Shown here one piece after another: positions 35,383-48,910 of a stretch of 64,000 bases of DNA. Origin of the DNA: Octopus sinensis (lineage: Eukaryota); contig NC_042997.1 of NCBI RefSeq assembly GCF_006345805.1, forward strand, positions 100,936,001-101,000,000, given 5' to 3'. A program made the position numbers and the translations under genes. The notes under the pieces are model-generated. The model was not told where the DNA came from and searched no databases. It worked only from the letters and a program-made list of their open reading frames with translations. How positions within the stretch are numbered: position 1 is the stretch's first letter; every line of letters begins with the position of its first letter.

Positions 35383-38114
35383 TAGTTTTATTTTTATAGC
35401 GTGCTTTCACTTCACTACCGAGCACAGCTCTGTGTGCCTTGGGTATGTGCTGTGATTTGTTGTGATGCTCTGATGGTTATTGTATGGAAAGTGTTATGCG
35501 TAGGATGTGTGCAGTGTCTAGGAGTGCAATTTTCTGTATGTTATATGTGTTTGTAAGTCCTGGTGTTTTTGTTATGTATTTGTCTGAATATTTTTTTATC
35601 ATGCCTAATGCACCTACTATGATAGGAATTGTTTCTGTTTTCAGATTCCACATTCTAGTTACCTCTATTTCCAGGTCTTTGTATTTTGAGAGTTTCTCCA
35701 TTTCTTTTAGAGACACGTTGTCATCAGCTGGTATTGATACATCAATTAGAAAGCATTTTTTTTCTTCATGATCTCTGACAACTATATCTGGTCTGTTGGC
35801 CTTAATTTCTCTATCTGTGTGTATCGGCATATCCCAGAGTATGGTTGCTTTCTCGTTTTCTGTGACCTTTTCTGGTGTGTGCCTATACCATCTTTTTTCT
35901 GTTGTTATTCCATAATGTTGGCATAGCTTCCAATGTATGTAGGTTCCAACTCTGTCATGTCTGTGAATATATTCCTTCTTAGCCAAGACTAGGCAGCTAG
36001 AGATAATATGATTTATTGTTTCTTGTCCATCTCCACATATTCTGCAGTTACTTGTAATATTTCTTTTCATTACATGTTTTTGGTAATTTCTGGTGGGGAG
36101 GCTTTGGTCTTGTGCTGCAATTAAAAATCCCTCTGTTTCTGCTTTGAGTCCTGAGCTTCTCAACCATTGCTGGGATTTTTCTTTGTCTATTTCTTTTGCG
36201 TTTAGTTTAGTGCAGTATTTACCATGAAGGGGCTTTTCTTGCCATCGTTTTATCATGGTTCGTTGCTGTTCTATTTTAGTTTGGATTTCATTTGTTTTAT
36301 AGCTTTTGTTGTTTCTTCATCTTCTTCTTCTTCTTCATGTTTATTAGGTGGTATGATTTCTTGTTTGTATTTGTCAGCTTCCTTAAATACTGAGAACAGT
36401 TTTCTGTTTTGCTCGTGTTTTGCCGCTATCTGGATCAGTTTTCCTTCCTTCTGAAGTAGATATTTTTGCAGTCCTATGGTGGTTATTTTATAGTAGTTTT
36501 CCAGCTGTATAAGGCCTCTACCACCTTCTATACGTTGTATATATAGTCTTTCTATGTCAGATTTTGGGTGATGCATCCTAGATCCTGTCATTATTTTTCG
36601 TTTTCCTATCTATTTTGGTCAGTTCATTTCGTGTCCAGTTAAGGATATTGTAGCTGTAACTTATAACTGGGACAGCTAAAGTGTTGATACCTATTATCTT
36701 GTTTTTAGCATTGAGCTCTGTGTTTAGTATTGATCTAACTCGTCTATGATATTCTTTTTTTATTTTCTCTTTCATTTGTGTGTGTTGTGTCTTATCTAGT
36801 TCATGGATTCCTAAGTATTTGTAAGTTTGGCTTTGGTCTAATTCTTTTATTTCATTGGTTTTATCTAATGTGATGTTGTTACTCTTAACTAGTTTTCCTC
36901 TTTTCAGGGTTACTTTGGCGCATTTTTCTAATCCAAATTTCATATCTATTTCTTTGGTAAATCCATGAACTGTCTTTAATAGTGTTTCCAGCTGTTTGTC
37001 ATTTGCAGCGTATAGTTTTAGGTCATCCATATATAAAAGGTGGCTGATCGTTTTGCCGTAACATTATATCCGCATCCAGTTCTATTTAGCATATCAGATA
37101 GAGGTGACAGTGCCAAGCAGAAAAGGAGTGGAGAGAGCGTGTCTCCCTGAAATATTCCTCTTCTAATGGGGATGTCTTTGGTTTTCATGAGTCCCTCTTT
37201 TGTTTGGAGGTGTAGGACTGTTTGCCATTTATTCATAGAGTGCTCTATGAATTTTATGATTGTTGGTGCTACTTTGTTAATGGCTAGTGTTTCGAGGATC
37301 CATGTGTGGGGAATGCTATCAAACGCCTTTTTGTAGTCAATCCAGGCCATACTGAGGCCTTTCTTCTTTCTGTGGCTGTCTTCAGTTATGGCTTTATTAA
37401 TCATTAGTTGATCTTTACAGCCATATGAGCCTTTGCGGCATCCTTTCTGCTCTTCTGGGAACAGTTTGTTTTCGTCCAGGTGCTTGTTCAGCCTTTGTGA
37501 TATCACTGCAGTAAATGCCTTGAACATAGTAGGGAGGCAGGTTATTGGTCTGTAGTTTTCTGGTTTTTCTGTTTCATTTGATTTGGGAATTAAGATGGTT
37601 TTCCCCTTCGTGAGCCATTCAGGCATTGTCTCTGGCTCTGCTAGTACGTTGTTAAAGTTTTCAGCCAGCTTTTTGTCCATTCCTGTTAGATATTTCAACC
37701 AGAAGTTGGGGATCTTGTCATTCCCAGGTGCCTTCCAGTTGCTTAGTCTTTGCAGTGCCTGGGTGACCTCTTCAGTTGTTATGGGGGTCCAAAGTTGTTC
37801 AGATGCCGAGTTGTTATTCTGATACTCCTTTTTTTGGTGGTTCGTTCGCCGACCATATTCTCCCCAGAATTCTTCAATTCTTCTGCCGTTGGTGCTGCAG
37901 TGACTTCTATTTTATTTTTTCCCAGTTCTTGGTAGAACTTTTGGGGTTGGAGTTGAACTTTTTGTTTTCTTCAAAGAAGCGTTGGCGTTTCTTGTACCGG
38001 CGGATCCTTTGTGCTTTGGCAAGGATATCTTGCTTCAGCTTTTCTTTTATTTCAGGCAAATCTTTCTCTGTGATGTTATATTTGCGGAGTATTTTTGTTA
38101 TCTTTTTGTTGCTC

Positions 38115-38120
<6 letters not shown>
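35380..38120 (-). mobile_element. R4/Dong-clade non-LTR retrotransposon (RT and restriction-like endonuclease), 5'-truncated
   Basis: YRPITCLPT, WIDYKKAFDS, GIFQGDTLSPLLF, YMDDLKLY, CRICGDGQETINHIISSC, RHDRVG, NRPDIVV..IDVSIP..EKLSKYKDL. (TAA)n on both sides. Frameshifted. Confidence 0.93.
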
Positions 38121-38172
<52 letters not shown>

Positions 38173-38691
38173 TCGGGTGTATATTTGTCTGGCAAATGAT
38201 TTAATCTGGGATTGTGTATTGAAACCAAAACGATTACAACGTGGAAGATACATATTAGACATAAAAAACCCCACAAAAACACCGTTAAATTCACTTACAC
38301 ATTATTTGATATCAATATTTTCGTTGCACCAACTGCAACCTGTTCGCTGTGGTAATTCCACTGTAACTAGTTTGAAGCGAAGCTGTTAATATATATATAA
38401 TAAGGCTTCAGTGCGATAAATATATATTTTTTAATCTATAGAAGTCAGTCGTTCTGGTTGTCATTGCACGGTGTTCATGGTTGCTTGACATTTAGTTGTA
38501 ACTCATACACGCTCTCTTCCTTCGTTCTCTTAGTGGGGCCCCCCTTCGGCTTTGTGTGTCTAAATACAGCAAATCAGGAATTAGTCACTTCAAAAAAGAA
38601 AATCTATCCGTGCATGACCACAGGACAGACCGTAAAGAGAAGGGTTGATGTAAATTATATAAGGGTGTGGGCGTAGAAACTGTATCAGCAA

Positions 38692-38727
<36 letters not shown>

Positions 38728-39138
38728 CTGTAGTCGCAGTTGATGTGGCGAAAGTTTTGACACCAAATAATTACTGTTTAAGTGAAATTAAGTCAATGTG
38801 TGGTTTTGAATGGCATATATGTGTCTTCTGACCACATTGTATCATCTAGTAGCGCCCCCAATGCTTTTGTGAACCATTTGGTGGTTAATAACAGTGGGGT
38901 TCCTCAATTATCCTTACAGGCCTTCCTGTATCAGGAGGGCCATATCTTTATCATCCTCCCTGCCACTTTTTTTAAACCTTTGTATGCTATGCATATGTCC
39001 TTTCATTTTCAGTGTATACTGTGTATACTTTGCTGTTTTTAAAAAATCATTTCATTACATGTAAACCACCTACACTTTATGTCTGTCTTTGTATTGTCCA
39101 CTCTCATCCTTCGCCCTTTATTGTTGTTGTTGTTGTTG

Positions 39139-39187
<49 letters not shown>

Positions 39188-39512
39188 CTCTAAACTCACT
39201 GTATACATTGGTATGCCATTAAAATAAACACGCTAGGTTGTTCATTTACAAAGTCATGCGGTAGAAAAAAGGGGAAGAAAGACAGAAGGGAAGAAGAAAA
39301 AAATTGGGGGAAAATTGAAAACAAAAAGAAAACAAAAAGAAAATAAAGGGGAAAAAAAGAAAGAAAATTTATAGCGACAATGCTCTTCTCAATGCGTCAG
39401 CTGGTGCACCTCCGTGTGCCTGAAATGTGTGCAGCATTGCGTGCTCTGGTTTGTTCTTTTGGTGTTGGGAGAATATAAGCTCTTCCCGGTATTGTATTGC
39501 ATCAGTTTGTTT

Positions 39513-42500
39513 TGTTATGCTATTGACATCCCTGGGGGACTAGAAGAATGGACTAGCCGAACACTTATAAAGAATAGCGTATTGGTTAAGACGAAGGCGT
39601 TTTGGAGTCTCGCGAAATACGTCGTGTGAATACGTTAATTTTACTTCCGCATCGTTAAATTATATATATCCAAAGTTTGTCAAGGATATTAAAGTGGCGA
39701 CGACTTATTTGAAGATTGCGTCGGGCGTTAAAAAAGTGTTTTCGTACGAAATCAAAGAAAAAATCATTAACATGGAAGACTTATTGGCTTGTGTGGTGCA
39801 GTTGCAACAGCAACAACAACAGTTACAACAACTACAATAGCAACAACAACAGTACCAACAGCTACTGGATGTAATGTTGAAGAAGTCTGAAAATACTTCT
39901 GGTTCGTTCTCCTTAGACGGCGTAGCAAACTCAATTGGAGAATTTATCTATAACCCAGAAGAAGGTACTACTTTTTCTGCATATTTTAGAAGATACGTAG
40001 ACATCTTCAAAGAAGAATGTAAAAATGGGATTGACGAGAAGAAGGTGCGACTACTTTTAAGAAAGTTATCCCCTGCCGAATACGAAAAATGCTGTAATTA
40101 TATTCTGCTGAAGAAACCAGGTGTGATTTGTTTCGATGAAACAATTTATTATCAAGAAATTTCAGTGGAAGAAGTTGGCAGTGTTTAAATTTAGTTAAAA
40201 AAGATGATGAAGATTTCGTCACTTATGCTGGGGTCGTTAATAGAGAGTGTGAAAAATTCAAATTAAATGAATTAACTCCGGAATTTGTTCAAATGTCTAA
40301 CTTTTGTTCAAGGGTTAACTGCAAGAAAAGATGATGATATACGTTTCCGTATATTAACAAAATTAAAACAGGACCAAAAATTAACCCTACAGGCAGTGGC
40401 TGAAGAACGCCAGAAGATTGTAAAGTTAAGACATGACGCGGATAAAATTGAAGAAAAAGATTGTTCTCAGATACATGAAACGGATAAGAAAAAGGAAAAA
40501 CGAACATCAAGACCAAATCCATGCTACGAACGCGGAGGTTTACATTTTAGAAGTAATTGTTCTTTTAAAAGTCGTAAATGTTTCGAGTGTGGAAAAATCG
40601 GACATAAAAGCTCACGGTGTATAGCGAAACAAAATTCTAGAAAGAATATATTGTTAACAAAAATTCTAAGCGATGCTCAGAAAAGAAAATTTGTATCTAT
40701 AATAATGAATAATGTGACTATCAAATTACAATTTGGATACAGGCAGTGATATCACGATAATTTATACAGATACATGGAGAAAAATAAGGAAACCTAGATT
40801 AAATGAAACTTGGAAAATTGCGCGAGGTGTTTCAAGAAAAAAATTGCATTATATGGGCAAAATGATAAGTGATGTTACGTTTCGTGGAAAAACTTTGAAA
40901 GTCAAAGTTTTTGTGTTGAAAAATACGACAAATTTATTTGGAACAGACTGGATGGAACTATTTAACTTATGGGACCTCCCAATAAATATTTATTGTAAAA
41001 ATGTGAATGGTTCTTCCGCCAGTACAAATAAGGCGTTGGAGGATTAAAAAAAAAATATTAAAAAATTTTTCCTGAAGTTTTTTTCGGAGGAATTGGGTCT
41101 TTGCACCAAAACAGAGGCGAAGTTTCAAGTGAAAGAAAACGCTATACCGGTTTTAAAACAAAAAACGAATGGTTAAAACAAAACTACGTTAAAACAAAAC
41201 TACGAAGAATTGGATAGACTTGAAAAATGGGCGTTATTAAAAAAATTGATTACACAAAATAGGCGTCCTCAGCAGTTTATGTCAAGAAAAAAAAAATCCG
41301 AGTATGCGCTGATTTTTCAACGGGATTAAACGAATGTTTGACGCCATATAAATTACTTGTTACCAAGTCCGGATGAAATTTTCGCGAGGAAAATTCTTTT
41401 CAAAACTGGATCTATCTAAAGCATATTTGCAGGTAAAAGTCGATGAGGAATGTTCAAAATTATTGACAATAAATGCCCATAAAGGCTTGTATAAATTTAA
41501 TCGACTCCCCTTTAGTATAAAGGTAGCACCTGGCATTTTCCAACAAGTTATGAACATTATGCTCGCAGGTTCGGATTTCGCTGTAGGTTACCTTGACAAC
41601 ATACTCAGTATACTGAACATGTTAAAAGAGACTTCGAAAGAATAAAATATTATCGTTTCAAGCTCAGCGAGGAAATGTGAATATTTTTATGCCAAAAATA
41701 AAATATCTAGGGCAGATCATTAATGAAAATGACGCAGACCAGACCCATCGAGGGCGAGTGCAATAATAAATATGCCTCCACCGACAAACATTACAAGCAT
41801 TTTTGGGACTTGCAAATTACTACTAGGTATACATACCGAATATGCACGATTTAATAGCACGCCTGAATAACTTGTTAAAAAAAGACGTTAAGTAGAACTA
41901 GTTGGACAAATGCCAAAAAAACTTTAAGAAATTAAAACGTCTAAACGTAGGAATTGTCGTTATTACATTTTGACCCGAATTTAGAAACAGCAGATAATAG
42001 TGAAAGTAGTATTGTAGCTGTGATTGAAGATGGTAGCCTGAAAGTAGTAGCTCATGATTCACGATCATTATTGCTGGCTGAGAAAAGTTACAGTCAAATA
42101 GAAAAAGAGGCGAGCTGGCAGAAACGTTAGCACGCCGAGCGAACTGCTTAGTGGTATTTCGCCTGCCGCTACGTTCTGAGTTCAAATTCCGCCGAGGTCG
42201 ACTTTGCCTTTCATCCTTTCGAGGTCGATAAATTAAGTACCAGTTACGCACTGGGGTCGATGTGATCGACTTAATCCGTTTGTCTCTTCTTGTTTGTCCC
42301 CTCTATGTTTAACCCCTTGTGGGCAATAAAGAAACAAGAAAAAGAGGCACTAGCCATCATATCTGCGGTAAAAAATTCCATAAATTTATACATGAAAGAA
42401 GATTCCGTCTACAGGCAGACCACCACCCATTATTGTCTATGGATCAAAAAAGGGTTTCCCCTCACATACAGCCAACAGATTGCAGCGCCGGGGAACGATC

Positions 42501-44146
42501 CTACTGAATTACGACTTCAAAATGGAGTATTTGCCATCGAAAAATTGGGACATGCAAATGGTCAAGGTTAATACCAAAATACAGAGAACCATTAGAAGAC
42601 ACAGTAATAGCGGCGTTAAAAGCCGAAAAAGAAATAAATGTGCAATGTTGTGCGTAATTTGCCTGTGACGTTGGATGAAATAAAAATGAAGGCAGAGATG
42701 GACTAGTTTATCATAAAAATGAAAAAAATAGTGAGATCAGAAGAAACAAATATAAAAATCGTGTGGCTGGACGTAACGCAGTTTCGAATTTGTGATAATG
42801 TATTCACAGAGGGTCGTAATACCTGCCACACAACAAGGTATAATTCCACACCGGACATCCAGGAATTTATAGGATGAAGTCGCTTATGAGGAGTTATGTT
42901 TATTGGCCAAAAATGGATCTAGATATCGAGAAATTGGTAAAATCCTGCAGAGGTTGTGCTCTTTCAACAAAATCACCATCTATACAATTTCAGCCTTGGC
43001 CCAAGACCGATATTCCATGGTCCAGACTACACATAGACTTCGCAGGAGCGTTAAACCGATCATATTATCTAATAGTGGTAGATAGCTGTACTAAGTGGCT
43101 AGAAATGTTTAAAAGTAGAAAACCGATATCCACGGTAACAGTGGAATTTCTACACGAAATTTTTGCTAGGTATGGTGTCTCGGATGCCATAGTCTCCGAT
43201 AACAGTACACAATTCACAGCGAATGAATTTAAGAATTTTTGCAAGATGTGCTCAATTCAACATATTACTATTTCTCCGTATCACCCAAGATTAAACGAGC
43301 AAGCGGAAAGGTTCGTGGATACATTTAAAAGAGCATTCAAGAAATCAAGAAATGAGTTAGTCGATGACGCCGCATTGACACAATTCTTGAGGTTTTATAG
43401 GATAACACTTTTTCAGACAAGTTGCCTACGGGACCAATGTTTGCTTGAGAAATAAAGTCAATTTATGACAGGCTGCTACCAGTAAGAAAAACAAATAGGG
43501 AAAACACTAAAAGTACGACAAAACATCTTAATGTCGGTGACAAGGTGTTTTTCTAAATATATAAAAATGGAAGACAAGTTTGGGAAGACGGAGTAGTAAC
43601 AAAAAGAATAGGCAAAATGACATATATGATAAGAGGTGAAAAATGGGAACGCAAAAGGCATTTAAACCAACTAAAAAATAGATATACGGAAAAAAGAAAA
43701 GAGATACCTAAGGAAGTGTTCTACGACACCTTTGATGTTCCAGCGACACAAGAAATCGAACCTATTCATAACAGTACAAGAAAGAGGAAACAAATAGAAC
43801 GATTGTAAGTAGTGCCTAAATGGAAGAAATATTAAACTTCCCTAGGAGGAAAATCTCAAAAAGGGAGATGTGATGAACGAAAAAGAATAGACAAAAATAA
43901 TAATATTAACTTCCAACGGAAGTCAATCTCGAAGGAGGAAATGTTGTGGCGAGAGTCATTGATACCCCCGGGGATTGGAAGAGTGGATTAGCCGAGCTCT
44001 TATAAAGAGTAGCGTACTGGTTGAAGCGTACTTGTGGGAGTCGTTGAGAGGACGTTTTGGAGTCTCGCGAATTACGTCGAGTGAACACATTGATTTTAAA
44101 TCGTTAAATTATATATATATATCCAACGTTTGTCAAGGATATAAAA
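39513..44146 (+). mobile_element. Decayed Ty3/Gypsy LTR retrotransposon (LTRs about 39513-39693 and 43942-44146)
   Basis: PBS TGGCGACGA at 39695 and a purine tract before the 3' LTR. gag (NSIGEFIYNPEEGTTF, CFECGKIGHKSSRC), protease (DTGSD), RT (FSKLDLSKAYLQV, RLPFSIK), integrase (PWSRLHIDFAG, VSDN, PYHP), in PR-RT-RH-INT order. Confidence 0.93.
42109..42336 (+). mobile_element. SINE family A, inserted in the Gypsy RNase H region
   Basis: TSD AGAAAAAGAGGC. Confidence 0.9.
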
Positions 44147-44376
44147 TTATGGGGCTTGGCTTAAGTCTTTTGGTGTGTTAACGTCTGTATTGTGTGTTGT
44201 GTGTGCAATGCGAGTTGTGTTATTCCGTTGGCTATTCATTCTGTAGCGTACATGTTGTGGGGTTTGTTTATTTTATTAGATGCTTATTGTATGGAAGATG
44301 GTTTGTGTTTGTAGATGGTTTTGTGTGGGCTGCGCAATTGAATTGATAATGTCTTGTGTAGGATGTGGACTGTTCT

Positions 44377-44580
44377 GGCGAGCTGGCAGAATCGTTAGCA
44401 TACATGCTTAGCGGAATTTCGCCCGTCTATTCGTTTGCAGTTCAAATTCTACTGAGGTCAACTTTGTCTTTCGTCCTTTCGGGGTCAATAAATTAAGTAC
44501 CTGTCAAGTACTGGGGGTTTATGTAATCGACTTCTCCCTTCCATCAAAACTTCTGGTCCTGTGCCCAAATTTGAAACCAT
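44377..44580 (+). mobile_element. Older SINE A-related copy
   Basis: ggcgagctggcagaatcgttagca head. Confidence 0.75.
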
Positions 44581-45655
44581 TGTTGTTGATGATGATGATG
44601 ATGATGTTATTATTGGAACCATTGTATTTGAATGAAGATCTTGAAGGCAGTGCCCTAGCATGACTGCAATCCAATGATTGAAACCAGTAAAGTAAGAAAT
44701 AACGAAAAAGAACAATTCGATGTTGTTAGCGTTGTTGTATTATAAAACTGATGTTTTGCTAGAACGACGGGATTCATCAAGCTAACTTTTCAGAGATAAA
44801 TTACATAAAGACGTAATATTGTCTGACTTCACAGTAACCATATAGGCATTTAGTTATAAGCTGTATGTTACTTTGGCATCTAGAAAAAAAAGCATGAGCT
44901 TTACCCGGAAATTTATGTATCATATCTTATTTGAAATATAGAAGACCTTTTTGTAACGAAAAAGGATGCAACCCTGGAGGGTCATGTTCACAACGTTTCA
45001 ATGTAGTTTACTAACAAAAATGATGAAAAGCTTTTAGAGAAACCTGAACATATGAAAATATGAGTGTATTCATGGTATTTGTTACTGGGAACATTACAAT
45101 ACCAAAATGCAAACGTTACTCATGTTTAAGGAATAATAAATCAAATCTTTATTCTGAGATCGTTCTCGCAGTATACAACGAACCATTAGCTACGATTATA
45201 TTTTCTCAGTTCCTTTAGCTACCGAGAATAGAGCACAAGATCAAACTAGAGGTGTCTTCACCTTTTCTTCCAGTGATGTCGGAACATCTTATCCAAAACC
45301 TGGTCCTGACTACAGACTTCGTGCAATCGGTGAAAGCAGCAAAATGAATCATATTATGTCCATCATGCCTGGGCATCTTCCGTTATGTACACTTTTTCTT
45401 CGACCAAAAGGGATCCCGGTAATTTCATTCGCCTTTATTAAAATCAGCATCGGCAGTAACACATGGCAATATGTACCGAGAAATATTCCTTCTGGAATCG
45501 ATAACGTCTAGAGAATGTACTAGTAAAATGGATTCATTCGGCTATATCTCTTGACTGGAAACGCTGGCATTTTCTCACTTAAAAGAAGTCCGAATCTGTA
45601 AAAACAAGCGAACAGCTGTTACAGGAATACGTTTAAGCATATATATGTTTGGTTG

Positions 45656-45886
45656 AAGGCGGCGAACTGGCAGAAACGTTAGCACGCCGGGCGAAATGCG
45701 TAGCCGTATTTCGTCTGCCGTTACGTTCTGAGTTCAAATTCCGCCGAGGTCGACTTTGCCTTTCATCCTTTCGGGGTCGATAAATTAAGTACCAGTTACG
45801 CATTGGGGTCGATGTAATCGACTTAATCCGTTTGTCTGTCCTTGTTTGTCCCCTCTATGTTTAGCCCCTTGTGGATAGTAAAGAAA
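45656..45886 (+). mobile_element. SINE family A
   Basis: 16-bp TSD TATATATGTTTGGTTG. Confidence 0.92.
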
Positions 45887-46134
45887 TATATATGTTTGGT
45901 TGCACATATACATACAGATATCAGATCTTCTGTAAACATGACAAGAAATATGGACTTGAGTCATACTGACTGCCTTTGACTTTTTCTATCCAAAGGATGT
46001 TTTAACCCAATATATTCATGCTATAATTTGTAAATTTATTTGCTTCGAGATTCACCCTTATCCCCCAAATTATTTCACGTTCTTGGTGTTTCTAAATTCT
46101 TATGACGTTAACAATATTCGATACATATGGATTA

Positions 46135-46425
46135 ATTGTTAGGGTGTTGCACTAACAATTGCGAGGCCGTGGGTTCGATTCCCAAACCGGGTGTTACGTT
46201 GTATTCTTGAGCAAAGCACGTCATTTCAGGTCGCTCTGCGCTCATTTTGTCATCTTATATGTGGCACATGTGGCACACGGTGCTCTTGTACAGTAATGTC
46301 GATTTGATGGAGAGAGTAAGCTTATATGTAAACAAACATTTGATCACTATAAACAAACCATGTGTGGTTGTTTGGCAATAAATTACTGAACCCTCATACG
46401 TCGTCTAATGACGGGAGAGTCCGTA
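46135..46425 (+). mobile_element. Degenerate tRNA-derived SINE
   Basis: B box GGTTCGATTCCC and gttgtattcttgagcaaagcac. Confidence 0.6.
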
Positions 46426-46485
<60 letters not shown>

Positions 46486-46486
<1 letters not shown>

Positions 46487-46696
46487 TTAATCCAAATATG
46501 AACAAAGAGAAAACGCAACAACGCGAGGACGTGGCTCAAGTAGAGTGTTATTGGACGCCCAGGAAAGGAAAGAAAGAAGGAGGATTTAACGTTTCGAGCG
46601 GAGCTCTTCGTCAGAAACATAGAAAAAGGAAAGGCCCAAGGAAGGGAAGACGGAAAAAGAAAATCGCCAATGATACACACGCGGTCACATATTGAA

Positions 46697-46700
<4 letters not shown>
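46486..46700 (-). mobile_element. PLE pLTR fragment with canonical-core minimal HHR (46586-46618)
   Basis: Reverse complement reads gttt-CUGACGA-A-GAGC-UCC-GCUC-GAAAC-GUU-aaat. Bounded by (TA)n. Confidence 0.75.
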
Positions 46701-46738
<38 letters not shown>

Positions 46739-46821
46739 ATATTTCGGAATGGTCATATTCCCAGTTTAGCCAATAAAAAATCTTGCACAATAAAAAATCT
46801 TGCACAACAAATATTTAAACG

Positions 46822-46881
<60 letters not shown>

Positions 46882-46889
46882 TATATATA

Positions 46890-47254
46890 TCTATATAAAC
46901 GGCAGTTTGTCTGTGCGTGTTTCTGTGTGTCTGTTTGCTTGTACCCTCACCCTGACCACGGCTTTCAACCGATTCTGATGAAACTTGACACACACATAGC
47001 CCAATGTCATAATTCAAAACTAACGCAGCGAAAATTTTGAAAAGTTCCCCCAGTTCTGAAAAAAATCGATAAATTCGACATGGGGTCGAGAATCAGAAAC
47101 ACAAACCACCGACTGTCTACGGGACGCAACTCGACCTTTTTAACTAAAAAAAATTTACCATCATTTTTTTTTCCATTTTTTGGCTATAACTCTCTAAAAA
47201 TGCTTTATAGTTATTTCCCTTACAAACCCGAGCAACGCCGGGCGATACTGCTAG
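46890..47254 (+). mobile_element. Non-autonomous Helitron
   Basis: A|TC 5' end. 3' hairpin CCCGAGCAACGCCGGG followed by CTAG|T. Confidence 0.8.
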
Positions 47255-47262
47255 TATATATA

Positions 47263-47910
<648 letters not shown>

Positions 47911-48150
47911 GAAGGTTTGGAGATGATGTACAGGTATTATATATTAGAAGAAATGAGGTAATCAGAAGATCGGATGGTTCATATTTATAGATATTTATTT
48001 ATATATTACATTTTTTACATATATATATCATATCATTCAGATCATATCATTCAGATTATTAGCGCTTTCTTCCATTCCAGTGGGGTTTTCAAATCAAATT
48101 AATTCCTTTGTGGGGAATTTGATCATTTTATAGAGTTTCTCTCTGTGTAT

Positions 48151-48186
48151 CTTTCTGTTGAAGAGCGTAGGCTCGAAACGTTAAAG
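48151..48186 (+). ncRNA. Minimal type I HHR motif in the 5' pLTR
   Basis: UCUUU-CUGUUGA-A-GAGC-GUAG-GCUC-GAAAC-GUU/AAAGA: 5-bp helix I, 4-bp helix II, palindromic helix III. Confidence 0.75.
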
Positions 48187-48910
48187 ACTTGTTTTATTTA
48201 TATTTCCTGAGCGCCATACTAATACAATTGCTCGTTTGTTTTCCACCTGCCTTCGTCTTTTGTCTATTTTCATAAAGCTTCCCGTTATATATTATGCGCT
48301 CACGTGGTCTCACTTTCATCCTATATTCTACCAATACCACTATCAACACTTACCTCTACCTTGGATTTTCTTTACCTCTTGGATACTTACCATTGGCTGC
48401 ACCTCTCTTTCGCGGATCAAAGTGACTTTGCATTGATGTGAAATCCTTAAAAAATATACCACGACGTCTACACATTTCTCACCTTGAACTTTCAACCTTG
48501 AACTTGTTCGCATAAACTGTCCTGTTTGTTGTATTTTTATTTTCTCTTATATTACCACTTTTTTTACATTCATTTCATGCTTTCCACATTTTCCTGCATT
48601 TTTGTTCTCCTTTCCGTCTTTCTTCCCTCTCTGGATGTCCATACTCCGTTTCCTCTGCCTGCACCTCCCCTTTTTTTTTGCCTCCCCCTCTCTCTGCTTC
48701 CCTTCTTTCTTTCCCTTTTCCGTTTGCCCCGTCTTTTCTGCCCCTATCGCTTACTTATCTAGTTTTTTCATACGATTATTATTTTTTTGTTTTTTTGAAC
48801 GTTTGTTTTTCCCCTTTTTTCGCTATCCTTTTTTTCTATTTTTTTCATACGATAATTTTTGTTTTTTGTTTTTTTGTTTTTTTCGAACGTTTTTTTTCCG
48901 CTATCCCATC

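Noticed and set aside
34431-35455. 322- and 334-aa ORFs, and the many YIYI/HTHT/VCVC ORFs at 6.1-7.8, 13.9-14.3, 46.4-48.0 and 55.4-55.7 kb
   Set aside because: They are translations of microsatellites that lack stop codons in those frames, not genes.
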